A stretch of DNA of 64,000 nucleotides, from the IMG/VR virus record IMGVR_UViG_3300043775_001731, one strand, 5' to 3'. Shown here one piece after another: positions 39,327-50,451 of this stretch (position 1 is its first letter; each line of letters begins with the position of its first letter). This stretch comes from a virus. The position numbers and the translations under genes were made by a program. The notes beneath the pieces are model-generated. The model did no database searches and had not been told where the DNA came from. It saw nothing but the letters and a program-made list of their open reading frames with translations.

Positions 39327-40058
39327 ATGTTTAAAATTATAAAACAATCCCGAATTAATTACTGGAGTTGCTCACATTTCGCTGACCTTATTAGGGGAAA
39401 CACTAAGCCATTAGCATTAGGTTTAGATGAATGGGAAACTTGGAGACAAGAATCTAAAACAAAACACCCTTTACGACACTGGATTGCTGAAGAAGTTCTA
39501 AACTTTTTACAGGACATTGTGCATCTTCCTATGGATATTTACTATACCATAGAAGTTTATGTTCGTAACAGATATATTGACAAACTTCATTATTTACGAA
39601 CAGGACTAAAGCCGGGGAAGTATTATGATCTTGACTATCGTATTCTTCATGGTCTTTTTAATGAGTTAGTTCTTTTTGTTGAGAGTGATCAGGCTCATTT
39701 GATGAAAGCATATCCAGAGCGTAACTATAAGTTTGTTAACGGAAGATGCAAACAAGCAGGATTAGACTATTTAAATTGGGCCTGTGACCTTAAACTTAAT
39801 GAAGATAATGGTTTTAATCCAGATGATGAAGATTACAATAAGGCAACAGCACAAGCAATAGCCTCTCAAAAGATTTTGGAACTTTACAATTGGTGGCTAG
39901 ATAGAGACTACAGGGCGAATCCATATGATCTGTTCACTAAAGAAAAAGACGGAAAGTATTACTATCGCAAAATTGATGAGATGGAGCATAAGTATGACGA
40001 AGAAGATACTGAAAAACTAATTGAACTAATTAAGATTAGGAGTTCGCTATGGACTTAA
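39327..40058 (+). CDS. hypothetical phage protein
   Basis: 243-aa ORF within an operon. Confidence 0.65.
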   Translation: MFKIIKQSRINYWSCSHFADLIRGNTKPLALGLDEWETWRQESKTKHPLRHWIAEEVLNFLQDIVHLPMDIYYTIEVYVRNRYIDKLHYLRTGLKPGKYYDLDYRILHGLFNELVLFVESDQAHLMKAYPERNYKFVNGRCKQAGLDYLNWACDLKLNEDNGFNPDDEDYNKATAQAIASQKILELYNWWLDRDYRANPYDLFTKEKDGKYYYRKIDEMEHKYDEEDTEKLIELIKIRSSLWT

Positions 40059-41430
40059 ATGGTACACTAAAAGCAGTTTTTGATAAGCCAGACTTAGAAT
40101 ATGATCTCATTAATAATGAACGTATAGTAGCCAAATGTATTAATAGCCAAGTCTATTGCACAGACCTATATGGGGCTTTGTGCAATAACAGATTCTTTTA
40201 TGGTGATAAAGAGTGGACTTGCTCATGGAGAATGTCTGGCGGCATAGTAGCTGATATAATCAATAGTGGAGAATATATGGATTGGTATTGTTCTGGCAAC
40301 GAAGGGGTTGTTACTGATGAAATTAAATTAGATTTAATGATGATGGGATGGACTGTTAAACCTTATGAGCCAAGATTACAACCGGGAATTTATAGAAATG
40401 AATGGTAATCTCACAAAAGAACAAAAGTTTGCTATCTTTTGGTGTTTCAATAATGCCATGAAATATATGGAAATTGATGAATATGATTCTAACAAAGATA
40501 TAGTTGTAAACGGAATAAATATTAATGAAACTATTGCAGAATTGCTAAAGGACAGGTTATTTGTATGAACATTGATATTTCTAAAAATGAGGCTTGGAAG
40601 ATTATAGATGCTATACAGGCATATAAAAAAGACTATGCATTAACAGCACCGGTTATTAAAACTATAGAGAATATCACAAAAAAGCTAAAGGCAATAACCA
40701 ATGAGTAAAAGAGAACAACAACTAAATGAGTATATGAAAGAAAAGTACGAAAACAGTATAGGTATACAAGATACTAAGAAACGAATAGATTTCATAAACG
40801 AACAAATTCAATACTTAGAAAATGAAAGATTCTATCTAATATCTAAACTATTTAATGAGCAAAGCAAAAAATTTGTTATGGAGAACCATGAAGATTAATA
40901 ACAAGACTCATATAACTATGAGCGATGAAGATGTTAAGGATGCTATTATAAAGTATCTTTATCAAAATCAAGGAATAAGTGGAATTTTTGACGTTAAATT
41001 CAAAATTGTAAATGAACCAATTCCAACCCACAACTATATAGATAGTATAGATCATTGGGTATTTGATGGTGCAGAAATTGAGGTCGATTTAAATGAATGA
41101 ACCAACCGCTTGGACAATATTGGGTATAGTATATATTATATGTGCAATAGTCACAGTAATAATCTGTCAAATTGAGAAAAGATGATTTGCTTTAAAATAA
41201 ATCCAGAACTTACATGCGAAAAGGTATGTAATGCTCTGAAAAAATTACTGGATGGTGGAAATCACCAAGGAGATACATTCTTGGTGATCACCATCAAAAA
41301 GGTAGAACAAACAAATGATGATTTAATACCCAAGTTAACATACGAGGGTGGTGTTGATAATAATGATTGATTAAAAAGTGTATATATATTCAAGGTAGAA
41401 TATATTATTTACCAACTGGAGGGTTATAGC

Positions 41431-41772
41431 ATGAGAAATACACTAGTATCTATCCTTTTGATTTCGTGTTTAATATCTATCGCTTCTGTTTTTGCTTTTG
41501 ATAATACAAACGAAAAGGTTTTAATCATATTTTCCGCCGATTGGTGTAAATACTGCCACATAGCTAAGAATGATATGAAGAATGACCCACAACTATCAGA
41601 GATTGTAAAAAATTATACCATCGTAGACGTAGATTTTGATGTTGACAAAGACATCGTTGAAGGCTACAATATAAAGACGATCCCTGCCTTTGTGGTTTTC
41701 GAAAACGGTAAAGAGAAGGGAAGGAAGATTGGCTATAATGGGCCAAGCGGTTTAATAAACTTCTTAAAATAA
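41431..41772 (+). CDS. thioredoxin-like protein with signal peptide
   Basis: FSADWCKYC, YNIKTIPAF. Confidence 0.85.
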   Translation: MRNTLVSILLISCLISIASVFAFDNTNEKVLIIFSADWCKYCHIAKNDMKNDPQLSEIVKNYTIVDVDFDVDKDIVEGYNIKTIPAFVVFENGKEKGRKIGYNGPSGLINFLK

Positions 41773-42120
41773 GGGGGCGAAAGGTATCGACAGGTAAACG
41801 GATATATAGATGGCATCCACTGGTTAATCGACCGGCCAGTATAAAAGTCGATTAAAATGTTAGTTGGCGAAACTCGTTTCGCTCTCGCTGCCTGACCTAG
41901 TTAGGCAAGAGTGCGGTGGCATGAACCGTATTGCCCAATCATGCTGACTCCGATAATCGGATATGGTATCCTCACCAAACATAAATGGGGGTAATGATTG
42001 TATTCAATCTGACACAGATAATTCTGTTAGCTTTGTTAGCTGTGCGAGAACAACTAACTAAGGATGTAGATGTTTATATTGAAATTATTCTGGACGCGAG
42101 TTCGATTCTCGCCGCCTCCA
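41773..42120 (+). ncRNA. ssrA: tmRNA; tag (A)GETRFALAA
   Basis: 5' GGGGGCG...TCGAC; 3' GACGCGAGTTCGATTCTCGCCGCCTCCA with G3-U pair; tag ORF 41866-41895. Confidence 0.93.
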
Positions 42121-42155
42121 CTTGACAATAGCAACTAATAGAGATACAATTAGTA

Positions 42156-42242
42156 GGAAGAATGGCAGAGTGGACTAATGCATCTGATTACTAATCAGAA
42201 GAAGCGTAAAAACTTCCGTGGGTTCGAATCCTACTTCTTCCG
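42156..42242 (+). tRNA. tRNA-Ser(ACU)
   Basis: TCTGA-TTACTAA-TCAGA; long variable arm; G73. Confidence 0.85.
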
Positions 42243-42532
42243 TTACTTTTTTATGAAAGGTTGAATAATGACTGTCAAAGAATTGCAAGACAATGGATAC
42301 AAAGTAAAAGTTTTTCACAACCGTCTTTATAATGGATATCATGCTTGGCAAAACGGTAAGAGAGTCTATGGTTATACTGATGGAATTATTGGCCCAGATA
42401 CCAAGGGTGGCTCTACCGAAGTTATTATTGATTCTCCTACTGGCGAACGTTTTCATGGACTTGCTATTTGTAGCACAGAAGATAACTATGATAAGAAACT
42501 TGGTGTTAGAATAGCACTTGGGAGGGCTTTAT

Positions 42533-43102
42533 ATGCAAATGAATCAACTAGAGTTTGATTTTTCAGAAGATCAAGTAGACGATGAAGAAGAGTTAACCAC
42601 AGTAATCTTGAATGGAATTCCAATAAAAGAATACAGCGTTTCAAAAAGTGGTAATATATACTCTCATTTTAAAAGAATTAATGAGGAAAAAAGTGGTTAT
42701 CGTATTTGCATTATTGATACTTCATATAAAAAACTTTTAAAACCTCGTATATGTAAGCAAGGATATAATAAGGTGGATATTTCATTTGATTGTGGTACTT
42801 TTGATTATGAATATAGCTCAAAAGGAAGATATGGAGCTAAAAGACAATCATTAAATTGTCGAGTTCATAAATTAGTAATTGATAGCTGGAAGCCATTTGA
42901 TCAAAATCTACCAAAAGAAATTAATGCAAAAGACTATAAAAAGACTCCAGAATCTATCAAAGTATTTCTAAGAGAGTTATTCATCGTCAATCATATAGAT
43001 CACAATAAGTCTAATAATAGCCTTGATAATTTAGAGAGAGTAACCCACAAGCAAAATGCTAGGGCGGCAGTAAAACATTATGGATCAATAGATGAAGATT
43101 AA
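42533..43102 (+). CDS. HNH endonuclease (NUMOD4-like N-terminus)
   Basis: YSVSKSGNIYS, VHKLV, VNHIDHNKSNNSLDNLERVTHKQN. Confidence 0.85.
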   Translation: MQMNQLEFDFSEDQVDDEEELTTVILNGIPIKEYSVSKSGNIYSHFKRINEEKSGYRICIIDTSYKKLLKPRICKQGYNKVDISFDCGTFDYEYSSKGRYGAKRQSLNCRVHKLVIDSWKPFDQNLPKEINAKDYKKTPESIKVFLRELFIVNHIDHNKSNNSLDNLERVTHKQNARAAVKHYGSIDED

Positions 43103-43628
43103 TATAAATGACTTTCCAGTAGATATAGATGACTATATAAATAAACTGTTGAGGGATATAGAATCCCTTAAAAATATAGTAGAATCATTAAAACTGGAAG
43201 TAAAAACCCAAAGAAAAGAAATAGCCCTACTTAGAGAAGAAAGAAAAGCCATTTTAGACAACGATAAACCCCCCGGTTGGTGTATAAAATGGTAGCCTAC
43301 CTAAAATATCCCACCTTAAGGAGTTTATTCATGAAATATACATTTGTAGCATTATTACTTTCAATATTAGTATCATCTTTATCGGTAAATTTACTATATA
43401 TTGACATACTTAATGAAATTAATCAGAGCCACAGTGTAAATGAGCACAAGATGAGTATAATAATGGAAAAGGTAGATGAGCTAACATACAAAGCAGAGTA
43501 GATTTATGTTTTTATGGCTAAATGACAGACTATTTAATAGATATCTAAAAGTTTTGCGAAAGATGGATATGCGTAGTATCTATCCTATAGCATTTAAGTG
43601 TGATTTTTTATACAGAGAGGAATTTTCT

Positions 43629-43922
43629 ATGGCACTAGTTTATAATGTAACCGCTGGCCCAGTTGTTGATAGTGACGTTTCAGAGCGTAGACTTTCAGTG
43701 GCTGTTAATGGTGAAGTTCGTTCAACATCGCCCTTCCCAGCAAATACCACCAGTTTTGGTGAGCTATCATTCTCAGATAATGATAGTGTTGTTTTAACCT
43801 TAGTAGACGTTGACGATGCTGGCAATGTAAGTTCGCCAGCCACCGTGGAGTTTACTGCTGTTGATACTGTACCTCCCGTAGCACCGGGTGAATTTGGCGT
43901 GGCTTTTGTTCGTGAAGAGTGA
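43629..43922 (+). CDS. Ig/FN3-like small protein
   Basis: GAGG RBS; VDDAGNVS...DTVPPVAP. Confidence 0.6.
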   Translation: MALVYNVTAGPVVDSDVSERRLSVAVNGEVRSTSPFPANTTSFGELSFSDNDSVVLTLVDVDDAGNVSSPATVEFTAVDTVPPVAPGEFGVAFVREE

Positions 43923-43950
43923 ACAATAGTTACCTAATAAGTAATGAATC

Positions 43951-43980
43951 AGGGGGTGGCGAAAGCTGCCCCCTTTTTTA
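43951..43980 (+). terminator. intrinsic terminator
   Basis: AGGGGGTGGC-GAAA-GCTGCCCCCT followed by a T tract. Confidence 0.85.
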
Positions 43981-44025
43981 TTTAGTGTATATATATAAGG
44001 GTTTTTTTAATCTTATGGGAAAATT

Positions 44026-44388
44026 ATGTTTAATTGGTTAAGAGATAAAATATCTGACTATTCTAGATCGCCCAAGTGGTCTAACGTCAGGAAGGAACAT
44101 TTAAAACATCAATCAATTTGTCAGGCGTGTAGGAGAAAAAACGATCTACAAGTTCATCACATAATACCATATCATTTAGATCCAAGTAATGAATTAAATC
44201 CAGATAATTTAATCACATTATGCTCTGATTGTCATCTATTATTGGGCCATTTGATGGACTACAAAAGCTGGAATACAAATGTAGTCACTGACTGTGAACA
44301 AATATCACTCAAAATCAAGAATAGGCCATATAATGAACAAACTTATCAACAACCTCGTAGTTGGATTTCTTATTGGTTTAATATCTAA
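44026..44388 (+). CDS. HNH endonuclease
   Basis: CQAC, VHHIIP, NLITLCSDCH. Confidence 0.85.
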   Translation: MFNWLRDKISDYSRSPKWSNVRKEHLKHQSICQACRRKNDLQVHHIIPYHLDPSNELNPDNLITLCSDCHLLLGHLMDYKSWNTNVVTDCEQISLKIKNRPYNEQTYQQPRSWISYWFNI

Positions 44389-45097
44389 TATATATGCTGG
44401 CACAATAGACCCCAATACTCCAGATGAAAAATATATTGAATATGGTAAAAAATTTGATTGCGTATTAGAGATAATGGGTTCTTATAATAATGATGGTTTA
44501 TTCTCAGCCTCTGCTGTTGCTATAGATTCTCGTTGGGTATTAACGGCGGCTCATGTTGTGAAAGACTCTAAGTTTGCTTTCTTACACAGCGAAAAGAAAA
44601 AACAGATCATAGTTATAGATGAAATTATATGCCATGAAAACTTTGAAGAGAAGCAATTTGGATTTGCAGATATAGCATTATGTCATACAACATCAGACAT
44701 AGAGCTTGAATTTTATCCAAAGCTATACGAAGAATCAAATGAAGTTGACAAAATATGCGCTATTGCTGGCTATGGTAAAACTGGTACTTTTATAACTGGA
44801 ATACAGAATGGAGACAAGAAAAAAAGGGGCGGATCAAATAAAATAGATAGAATAGAAAATGATCTTTTAATTTGCAGTCCTTCTATATTAAATAGAACAG
44901 AGCTTGAATTCTTAATAGGTAGCGGGGATAGCGGCGGCGGTTTATTTATAGATGGCAAATTGGCTGGTATAAATTCTTGTGTCACAACCCTTGACAAAAA
45001 GCCAGACTCAACGTATAATGATGATGGTTGTCATACGAGGATTAGTAACTTCTTAGATTGGATCAAGACACATATACAAAAAAAGAGAGCGAACTAA
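44333..45097 (+). CDS. trypsin-like (S1) serine protease
   Basis: VLTAAHV, ADIAL, GDSGGG triad motifs; signal-like N-terminus. Confidence 0.85.
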   Translation: MNKLINNLVVGFLIGLISNIYAGTIDPNTPDEKYIEYGKKFDCVLEIMGSYNNDGLFSASAVAIDSRWVLTAAHVVKDSKFAFLHSEKKKQIIVIDEIICHENFEEKQFGFADIALCHTTSDIELEFYPKLYEESNEVDKICAIAGYGKTGTFITGIQNGDKKKRGGSNKIDRIENDLLICSPSILNRTELEFLIGSGDSGGGLFIDGKLAGINSCVTTLDKKPDSTYNDDGCHTRISNFLDWIKTHIQKKRAN

Positions 45098-45149
45098 AAG
45101 TTCGCCCTCTTAACCAAACATACGTATGTTCTCTATCAAACCCTATCCA

Positions 45150-45519
45150 TCATGCTTCGCTTTGTAGATCATACTTGGCACTTGAAACATTAAGATCAAA
45201 ACTCATTGAGTATGTTTTTGTGGCAGTGTTATCTGAAGTTAACGATGTTTGTCTTGAAGCACTAAACTTACTTGGGAGATCATCTGCAAGCGTAGGAACA
45301 CCAGATAAATTGTTTAAACCAGTTACAAACTTATCTACTATTGAATATACTAATTCTCCGATTTCACCACTATTACCAACATTATAACTTTCTAATGCGG
45401 CAAATGGGATGAATATGCCACTAGTACCAGTGACAGTAGATGGACCAGCTATAATGCCGGGGAAGAATACGTTTCTGCCGGGAAACATGTTACCAGATTG
45501 TGTTGGTGAAAAAGGCATA
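45150..45519 (-). CDS. hypothetical (virion-like) protein
   Basis: ATG 45519 with AGGAG RBS and GTGTATAAT upstream. Confidence 0.6.
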
Positions 45520-45579
45520 AAAATCTCCTTATAAGGTTCTAAAATCGAGTACTCATTACAATTATACACGAAAATCAAT

Positions 45580-46227
45580 ATGGACATTACTTTATTAGTC
45601 GGCACTTGCGATAAATACAATTTCCTATGGAACAAATTTGGTCTATTATTCAACAGATACTGGGACCACAATATAGATATTCCAAGATATTTTTTATCAG
45701 AAACCCTAGAATTTAACGACTATGGTTTTAAATCTATTTTACCGGGCAAAATACCTTATTCAGATTGTCTAAAGTATGCTCTAGATAGAGTCGATACAGA
45801 GTACGTATTATGGTTACAGGATGATTATTTTTTGAGAAAAACTATACCAAAGTCACAATTTGATATGTATATTCAAATATGTCGGCAGGGAATAAATAGA
45901 TTAGGAATTCATGAAGATAGTAGATTATATAATAAGTTTCATATAATAGGAAACATGTATGCATTGCGTCAGCATAGTTTATATACAATATCAATGCAAG
46001 CTTCTATATGGAATAAAGAGTTTTTTAAATCTTGCTTGATCAACCACGGTTCAGAAAACCCTTGGGAATTTGAGGTAAATGGGTCTAAAAGATTAAATAG
46101 CAGTATGCAACACAGAATACTGTTTGACAAACAAGATACGCCTTGGTACAATGAAGCTATGAGAAAAGGCGAATTTACTCCAGAATATTATGAGATAATA
46201 GCAAAAGAAAAATTATATGATATTTAA
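45580..46227 (+). CDS. glycosyltransferase-like (GT-A) protein
   Basis: TCDKY, YVLWLQDDYFL, QASIWNK, NPWEFE. Confidence 0.65.
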   Translation: MDITLLVGTCDKYNFLWNKFGLLFNRYWDHNIDIPRYFLSETLEFNDYGFKSILPGKIPYSDCLKYALDRVDTEYVLWLQDDYFLRKTIPKSQFDMYIQICRQGINRLGIHEDSRLYNKFHIIGNMYALRQHSLYTISMQASIWNKEFFKSCLINHGSENPWEFEVNGSKRLNSSMQHRILFDKQDTPWYNEAMRKGEFTPEYYEIIAKEKLYDI

Positions 46228-46765
46228 AGAAGCCTTGCGTATAAAAATTGGTGATAAAATTTACACCCATTCTGGAGATATTGTGGTAATATCTGGATGG
46301 CATCAGAATTTTGAAAATTCTTGTATAAAAGATGACTTCTACTTTATATGCATAGACAGTATGTTTAATACCATAAAGTATAGGTATAATGAATTATGTG
46401 GGCCAGAACTTTGCGACGAAGATAAAATGTTCATCGATTGGCTACAAAACCAGAACATAATGAAGAGTGATATTCCGCTTTTAAAAGAAGCATTTATGTC
46501 TGGATTTTCTAGTGGGTATTCCCACAAGCAAAAGGTAAGGTCAGAAGACCAATTACAAAAATGACTTGGACAGAAATAAGATCGTGGGCCAAAGGTCTTG
46601 GATATGAGACTATTAAAGATAAAGACGATGCTCAGTATTATTGGGCAAAATCTAGTGATAATTCTATTAGCGGTAGCGGTGCTGCTCCAAGCGTTAGTAA
46701 ACTGGCTAGGGCAATATTTAATCATCATACGAATGGTAAGTGGCTAGATCACCAAAGAGAGTATA

Positions 46766-47266
46766 ATGAAAAATAGTTTATTTATTGATAGAGAATGGGA
46801 AACCAAATGTATAGATAAAATATGCGATGAAATTCGTCATAATAGTCTTATTAACTTGTCTAGTCGCATAGGTATATTACAATTAAGTTATGAATATTCT
46901 GGGCTTGTGGCTCAATTAATATCTCATAAATTATCAAATAAAGATGAGCCTATAGATATAGAACCCGTTAATATTCCATATAAAGATGAGTTTGAAGCAT
47001 TTATTCATCCAAATCAATTAGATCCATACTATATCTTAATTGTAGTAGATAGCGGATGTCTCAGTGGAAATAATTTTAAGAAAATAGAACAAAAACTTTT
47101 AGATTATGGTTATCCAAGATCTCAATTATTTTTTACTTGCATAGCCTGTGATCTTAATAGCGTTTTTCGTCCAGATTTTTGTCCAATATATTTTGATGGC
47201 GATACAACAATGGCGCATTTTTGGTGGGAAACTAGAACAGATAAATTTAATAGAGAAAAAACATGA
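46766..47266 (+). CDS. phosphoribosyltransferase-like protein
   Basis: LIVVDSGCLSGNNF resembles the PRPP-binding loop; C-terminal FWWE. Confidence 0.5.
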   Translation: MKNSLFIDREWETKCIDKICDEIRHNSLINLSSRIGILQLSYEYSGLVAQLISHKLSNKDEPIDIEPVNIPYKDEFEAFIHPNQLDPYYILIVVDSGCLSGNNFKKIEQKLLDYGYPRSQLFFTCIACDLNSVFRPDFCPIYFDGDTTMAHFWWETRTDKFNREKT

Positions 47267-47898
47267 ATGTAAAATTAATTAGCGTTACTCCCGATGCAGA
47301 AAAATTAATGGCATATTGTGCTAGAGTATCAAATCCAAAAGGACAAGATAACGATAACTATGCTAAACTTTTGAAATATTGTATTGAGCATCAGCATTGG
47401 AGTATTTTTGAGCACGGCTTTATGACTGTTGAAATTAATACAACAAGAGGTATTGCTGCTCAGATTCTAAGACACAGAAGCTTTACTTTTCAAGAGTTTA
47501 GCCAACGTTATGCCGATACAGCATTGTTAGCAGAAGACATTCCGTTATTTGAACTTCGCCGTCAAGATACTAAAAATAGACAAAACAGTATAGATGACAT
47601 TAGCGATGAAGTACGAGTTAAATGGAATACAAAAATTCGTGAGCATTTCGCTAAAACAAAATCAATATACGATGACATGATTAAAGACGGGGTGGCTAAA
47701 GAGTGTGCTAGGTTTGTATTACCACTAGCAACTCCTACCAGACTTTATGTTTCTGGAAATGTCAGATCATGGATTACGTATATAGCACTAAGAGAAAAAA
47801 GCGGTACTCAGAAGGAACATATGGATATAGCGAATGGATGCAAAGAAATTTTTGTACAACAATTCCCTACAATTAGTGAGGCTTTGGATTGGAAATGA
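47263..47898 (+). CDS. thyX: FAD-dependent thymidylate synthase
   Basis: HWSIFEH, QILRHRSFTFQEFSQRY, ECARFVLP. Confidence 0.95.
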   Translation: MNVKLISVTPDAEKLMAYCARVSNPKGQDNDNYAKLLKYCIEHQHWSIFEHGFMTVEINTTRGIAAQILRHRSFTFQEFSQRYADTALLAEDIPLFELRRQDTKNRQNSIDDISDEVRVKWNTKIREHFAKTKSIYDDMIKDGVAKECARFVLPLATPTRLYVSGNVRSWITYIALREKSGTQKEHMDIANGCKEIFVQQFPTISEALDWK

Positions 47899-48290
47899 AA
47901 ATCAAGCTTGAAATGAGTGAAAGTGATATTATTCGTGCTATGCGTGATAATAGGTATTCACCACTTGAGTTATTAGCAGCAAAGCACTTCAAAGAAAATA
48001 TAAAGAATGTAGAAGTGACCAATGACTCTATAGTGATTTGGGATGATTCTATAAACGATTATAATTCATATAGATATTGCACAGATGATATAGATACCAT
48101 AGGATCTTTTATTGATGAATGGGCAGAATATATTGATGGTCATTTAGTTGACTTTGCATTAGAACCCATATCTTTCTGTGTAGAAGACAACCGTTGAAAA
48201 AAAATTAAACTGGCCGCTTGACACTGCCGATAACTCTGGTATACTCAAAGTACACACAGCACTTAAGCACTTTTTAGGAGATTAGCAATT

Positions 48291-50423
48291 ATGAAACTTC
48301 ACGCTAGTACGAACGTTATTGAGAAGTCCGGTCAGTTTGAAGAGTCCAAGTTCAGCATCGAAGCATCGTCTAAGGCATTCTTTATCCTTTCTGACGGTCT
48401 TTATTCTAACAAGATTCTCGCAGTTGTTCGTGAACTCTCTACTAATGCCTACGATTCTCACGTTGAGGCTGGCAAGGCAAACGTACCTTTTGACGTTCAT
48501 ATCCCCACCGCCATCTCGCCCGTATTCTCTATTCGTGACTACGGCACTAGCATGGATCATGAAAACTGTATGCAACTCTATACTACGTATTTCCGTAGCA
48601 CCCGAAATAATAGCAATGATGCGGTTGGTTGTCTTGGTCTGGGTAGCAAGGCTCCCTTTGCATACTCCGATAGTTTTACCGTTGAGGCTTATCTTGATGG
48701 TACTCGTAGGCTTTATACTGCCTATAAGGATGAGAGCGGCAGTCCCGTCTTCTCTTTGATGGACGAGTCTGATACCAGCGAACAGAATGGTATCAAGGTT
48801 TCTATCAATGTGAATGAGTATGATATCAACCGATTTCAACATGAATCGCACCATGTTTATGAACATTTCAAGGTAAAGCCAAACTTTGTGGCTTATAAGC
48901 CCTCATTCCGTAGCATTGATAAGGTTCTGGCTGGAACCAACTGGTACTTTGATGACAATGCCAGAGAGAATCTTATTGTGATGGGTCAGATCTCATACCC
49001 AATTGACGTTAACCAGTTTACTGCTAATGGTGACAAGTCTTTCCAACGTCATCGTGAATTTATTGAGTATTCTAACGGACTGAGAATCTTTGTGAATATT
49101 GGAGATGTTGACATTACTCCTAGTCGTGAGTCTCTTTCATATAGTCGAGACACTAAAAAGAATATTCTTAGCATGATTGATAATATCATTAACGAGATTG
49201 CTGTTAAGATTGAAGAACAAATTGCTAGCCAGCCTTCTTTGTTTAAGGCCCGTATGAAGTATGTTCAGATTAGCAATCAGTGTTCGTCTATCAATACTGC
49301 TGTTCAGTCTCTTCAAAAGTCTATCACTTGGAATGATATGAAGCTTTTTGATAGCGTTGCTGGAGAGTATATCAATGCTAAAGATAGTGGTATTAACTTG
49401 ATGGAAAAGTCCCAGTATCGTTCTAAGGTTGATATTAAGTACGGTGTTGAGCGTATTGTCTTTAATACTCACACAAAGTTTTTTATTGATAACCTTACTA
49501 GGGGTGGAGTTAGTCGAATTCGTCAGTACATGAAAGAGAACGGTGGCTCTCAGGCTTGCTATGTCTACAAGCTTAAGGAAAGCGAGACTATTGACAACTG
49601 CCGTTTGTATGGTATCCTTGGTGATGCTGATCGGACAGATGTTGTCTTGACTTCAACTCTTGATAAAGTTAATTACAATCGTTCTAGTTATGGGTTTACA
49701 AACTCTGGTCCAGTTGTACAGGCACGGGTTTTCAATGAAGAAACTGGTCGCTTTGAGGATTGCAACATGAGCGTAAAGTATGAGAATGCTCACTATTTCA
49801 CAGAGTCTAAGGGTTCTGTTGAAATTGATTCTCACGAAGTTGATGTCAGTTTTCTTGAAAATGTACTTGAATATGTTTGCAAGAATCACTCTGACATGGT
49901 TGAAGATGCTACGTTTTATATTGTCAAGCCATCCGTTGTAAAGAATAGGAAGCTTGATGAGCGTGGTAACTGGACCCGTGGTGTTAACGTACTTGAAAAA
50001 GTTTTTGATCATGCCACAAAGACCAACAAGCAAAATATTATTAATGTTAATCGTAGGGTTCCACTTTCAAATGAGCGATATGATCGATGGAAGGATATCA
50101 TTACGATGACTTCTAATAGCGAAGTCAAGAACATCATTAATGAATACAACGAATATTGCTCCAACATTAATAACATTGCAACAGAAATGAATATGATTTA
50201 CAGCATGTCAAAGATGTTGCCCAATGTTGAGAAGGTTAGTTTTAGCGATGTGAAACTCGATGATAATAAGTTCGCTAGCAAGTTTGACAAGGAAATGAAG
50301 AAGTATCCTATGCTCAGACTGCTTTCGATTCCTTGGAATGATGCTGATAGGAAGCTTGTTGCTGACTATATCGATACTATTGAATCGGGCCTGAAGGCCC
50401 AAACTGTTCTTAACTCACTGTGA
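48291..50423 (+). CDS. rIIA: rIIA-like protein (GHKL ATPase N-terminus)
   Basis: LSDGLYSNK..VRELSTNAYDSH, IRDYGTSM, GCLGLGSKAPF, DITPSRESLSY. Confidence 0.85.
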   Translation: MKLHASTNVIEKSGQFEESKFSIEASSKAFFILSDGLYSNKILAVVRELSTNAYDSHVEAGKANVPFDVHIPTAISPVFSIRDYGTSMDHENCMQLYTTYFRSTRNNSNDAVGCLGLGSKAPFAYSDSFTVEAYLDGTRRLYTAYKDESGSPVFSLMDESDTSEQNGIKVSINVNEYDINRFQHESHHVYEHFKVKPNFVAYKPSFRSIDKVLAGTNWYFDDNARENLIVMGQISYPIDVNQFTANGDKSFQRHREFIEYSNGLRIFVNIGDVDITPSRESLSYSRDTKKNILSMIDNIINEIAVKIEEQIASQPSLFKARMKYVQISNQCSSINTAVQSLQKSITWNDMKLFDSVAGEYINAKDSGINLMEKSQYRSKVDIKYGVERIVFNTHTKFFIDNLTRGGVSRIRQYMKENGGSQACYVYKLKESETIDNCRLYGILGDADRTDVVLTSTLDKVNYNRSSYGFTNSGPVVQARVFNEETGRFEDCNMSVKYENAHYFTESKGSVEIDSHEVDVSFLENVLEYVCKNHSDMVEDATFYIVKPSVVKNRKLDERGNWTRGVNVLEKVFDHATKTNKQNIINVNRRVPLSNERYDRWKDIITMTSNSEVKNIINEYNEYCSNINNIATEMNMIYSMSKMLPNVEKVSFSDVKLDDNKFASKFDKEMKKYPMLRLLSIPWNDADRKLVADYIDTIESGLKAQTVLNSL

Positions 50424-50451
50424 CGCTATAATAAGTTTAAGGAGACATAAC

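Noticed and set aside
42156-42242. Amber suppressor tRNA (CUA) or genetic-code reassignment
   Set aside because: The central triplet of the 7-nt loop TTACTAA is ACT, and long genes are intact under the standard code with TAG and TGA used as stops.
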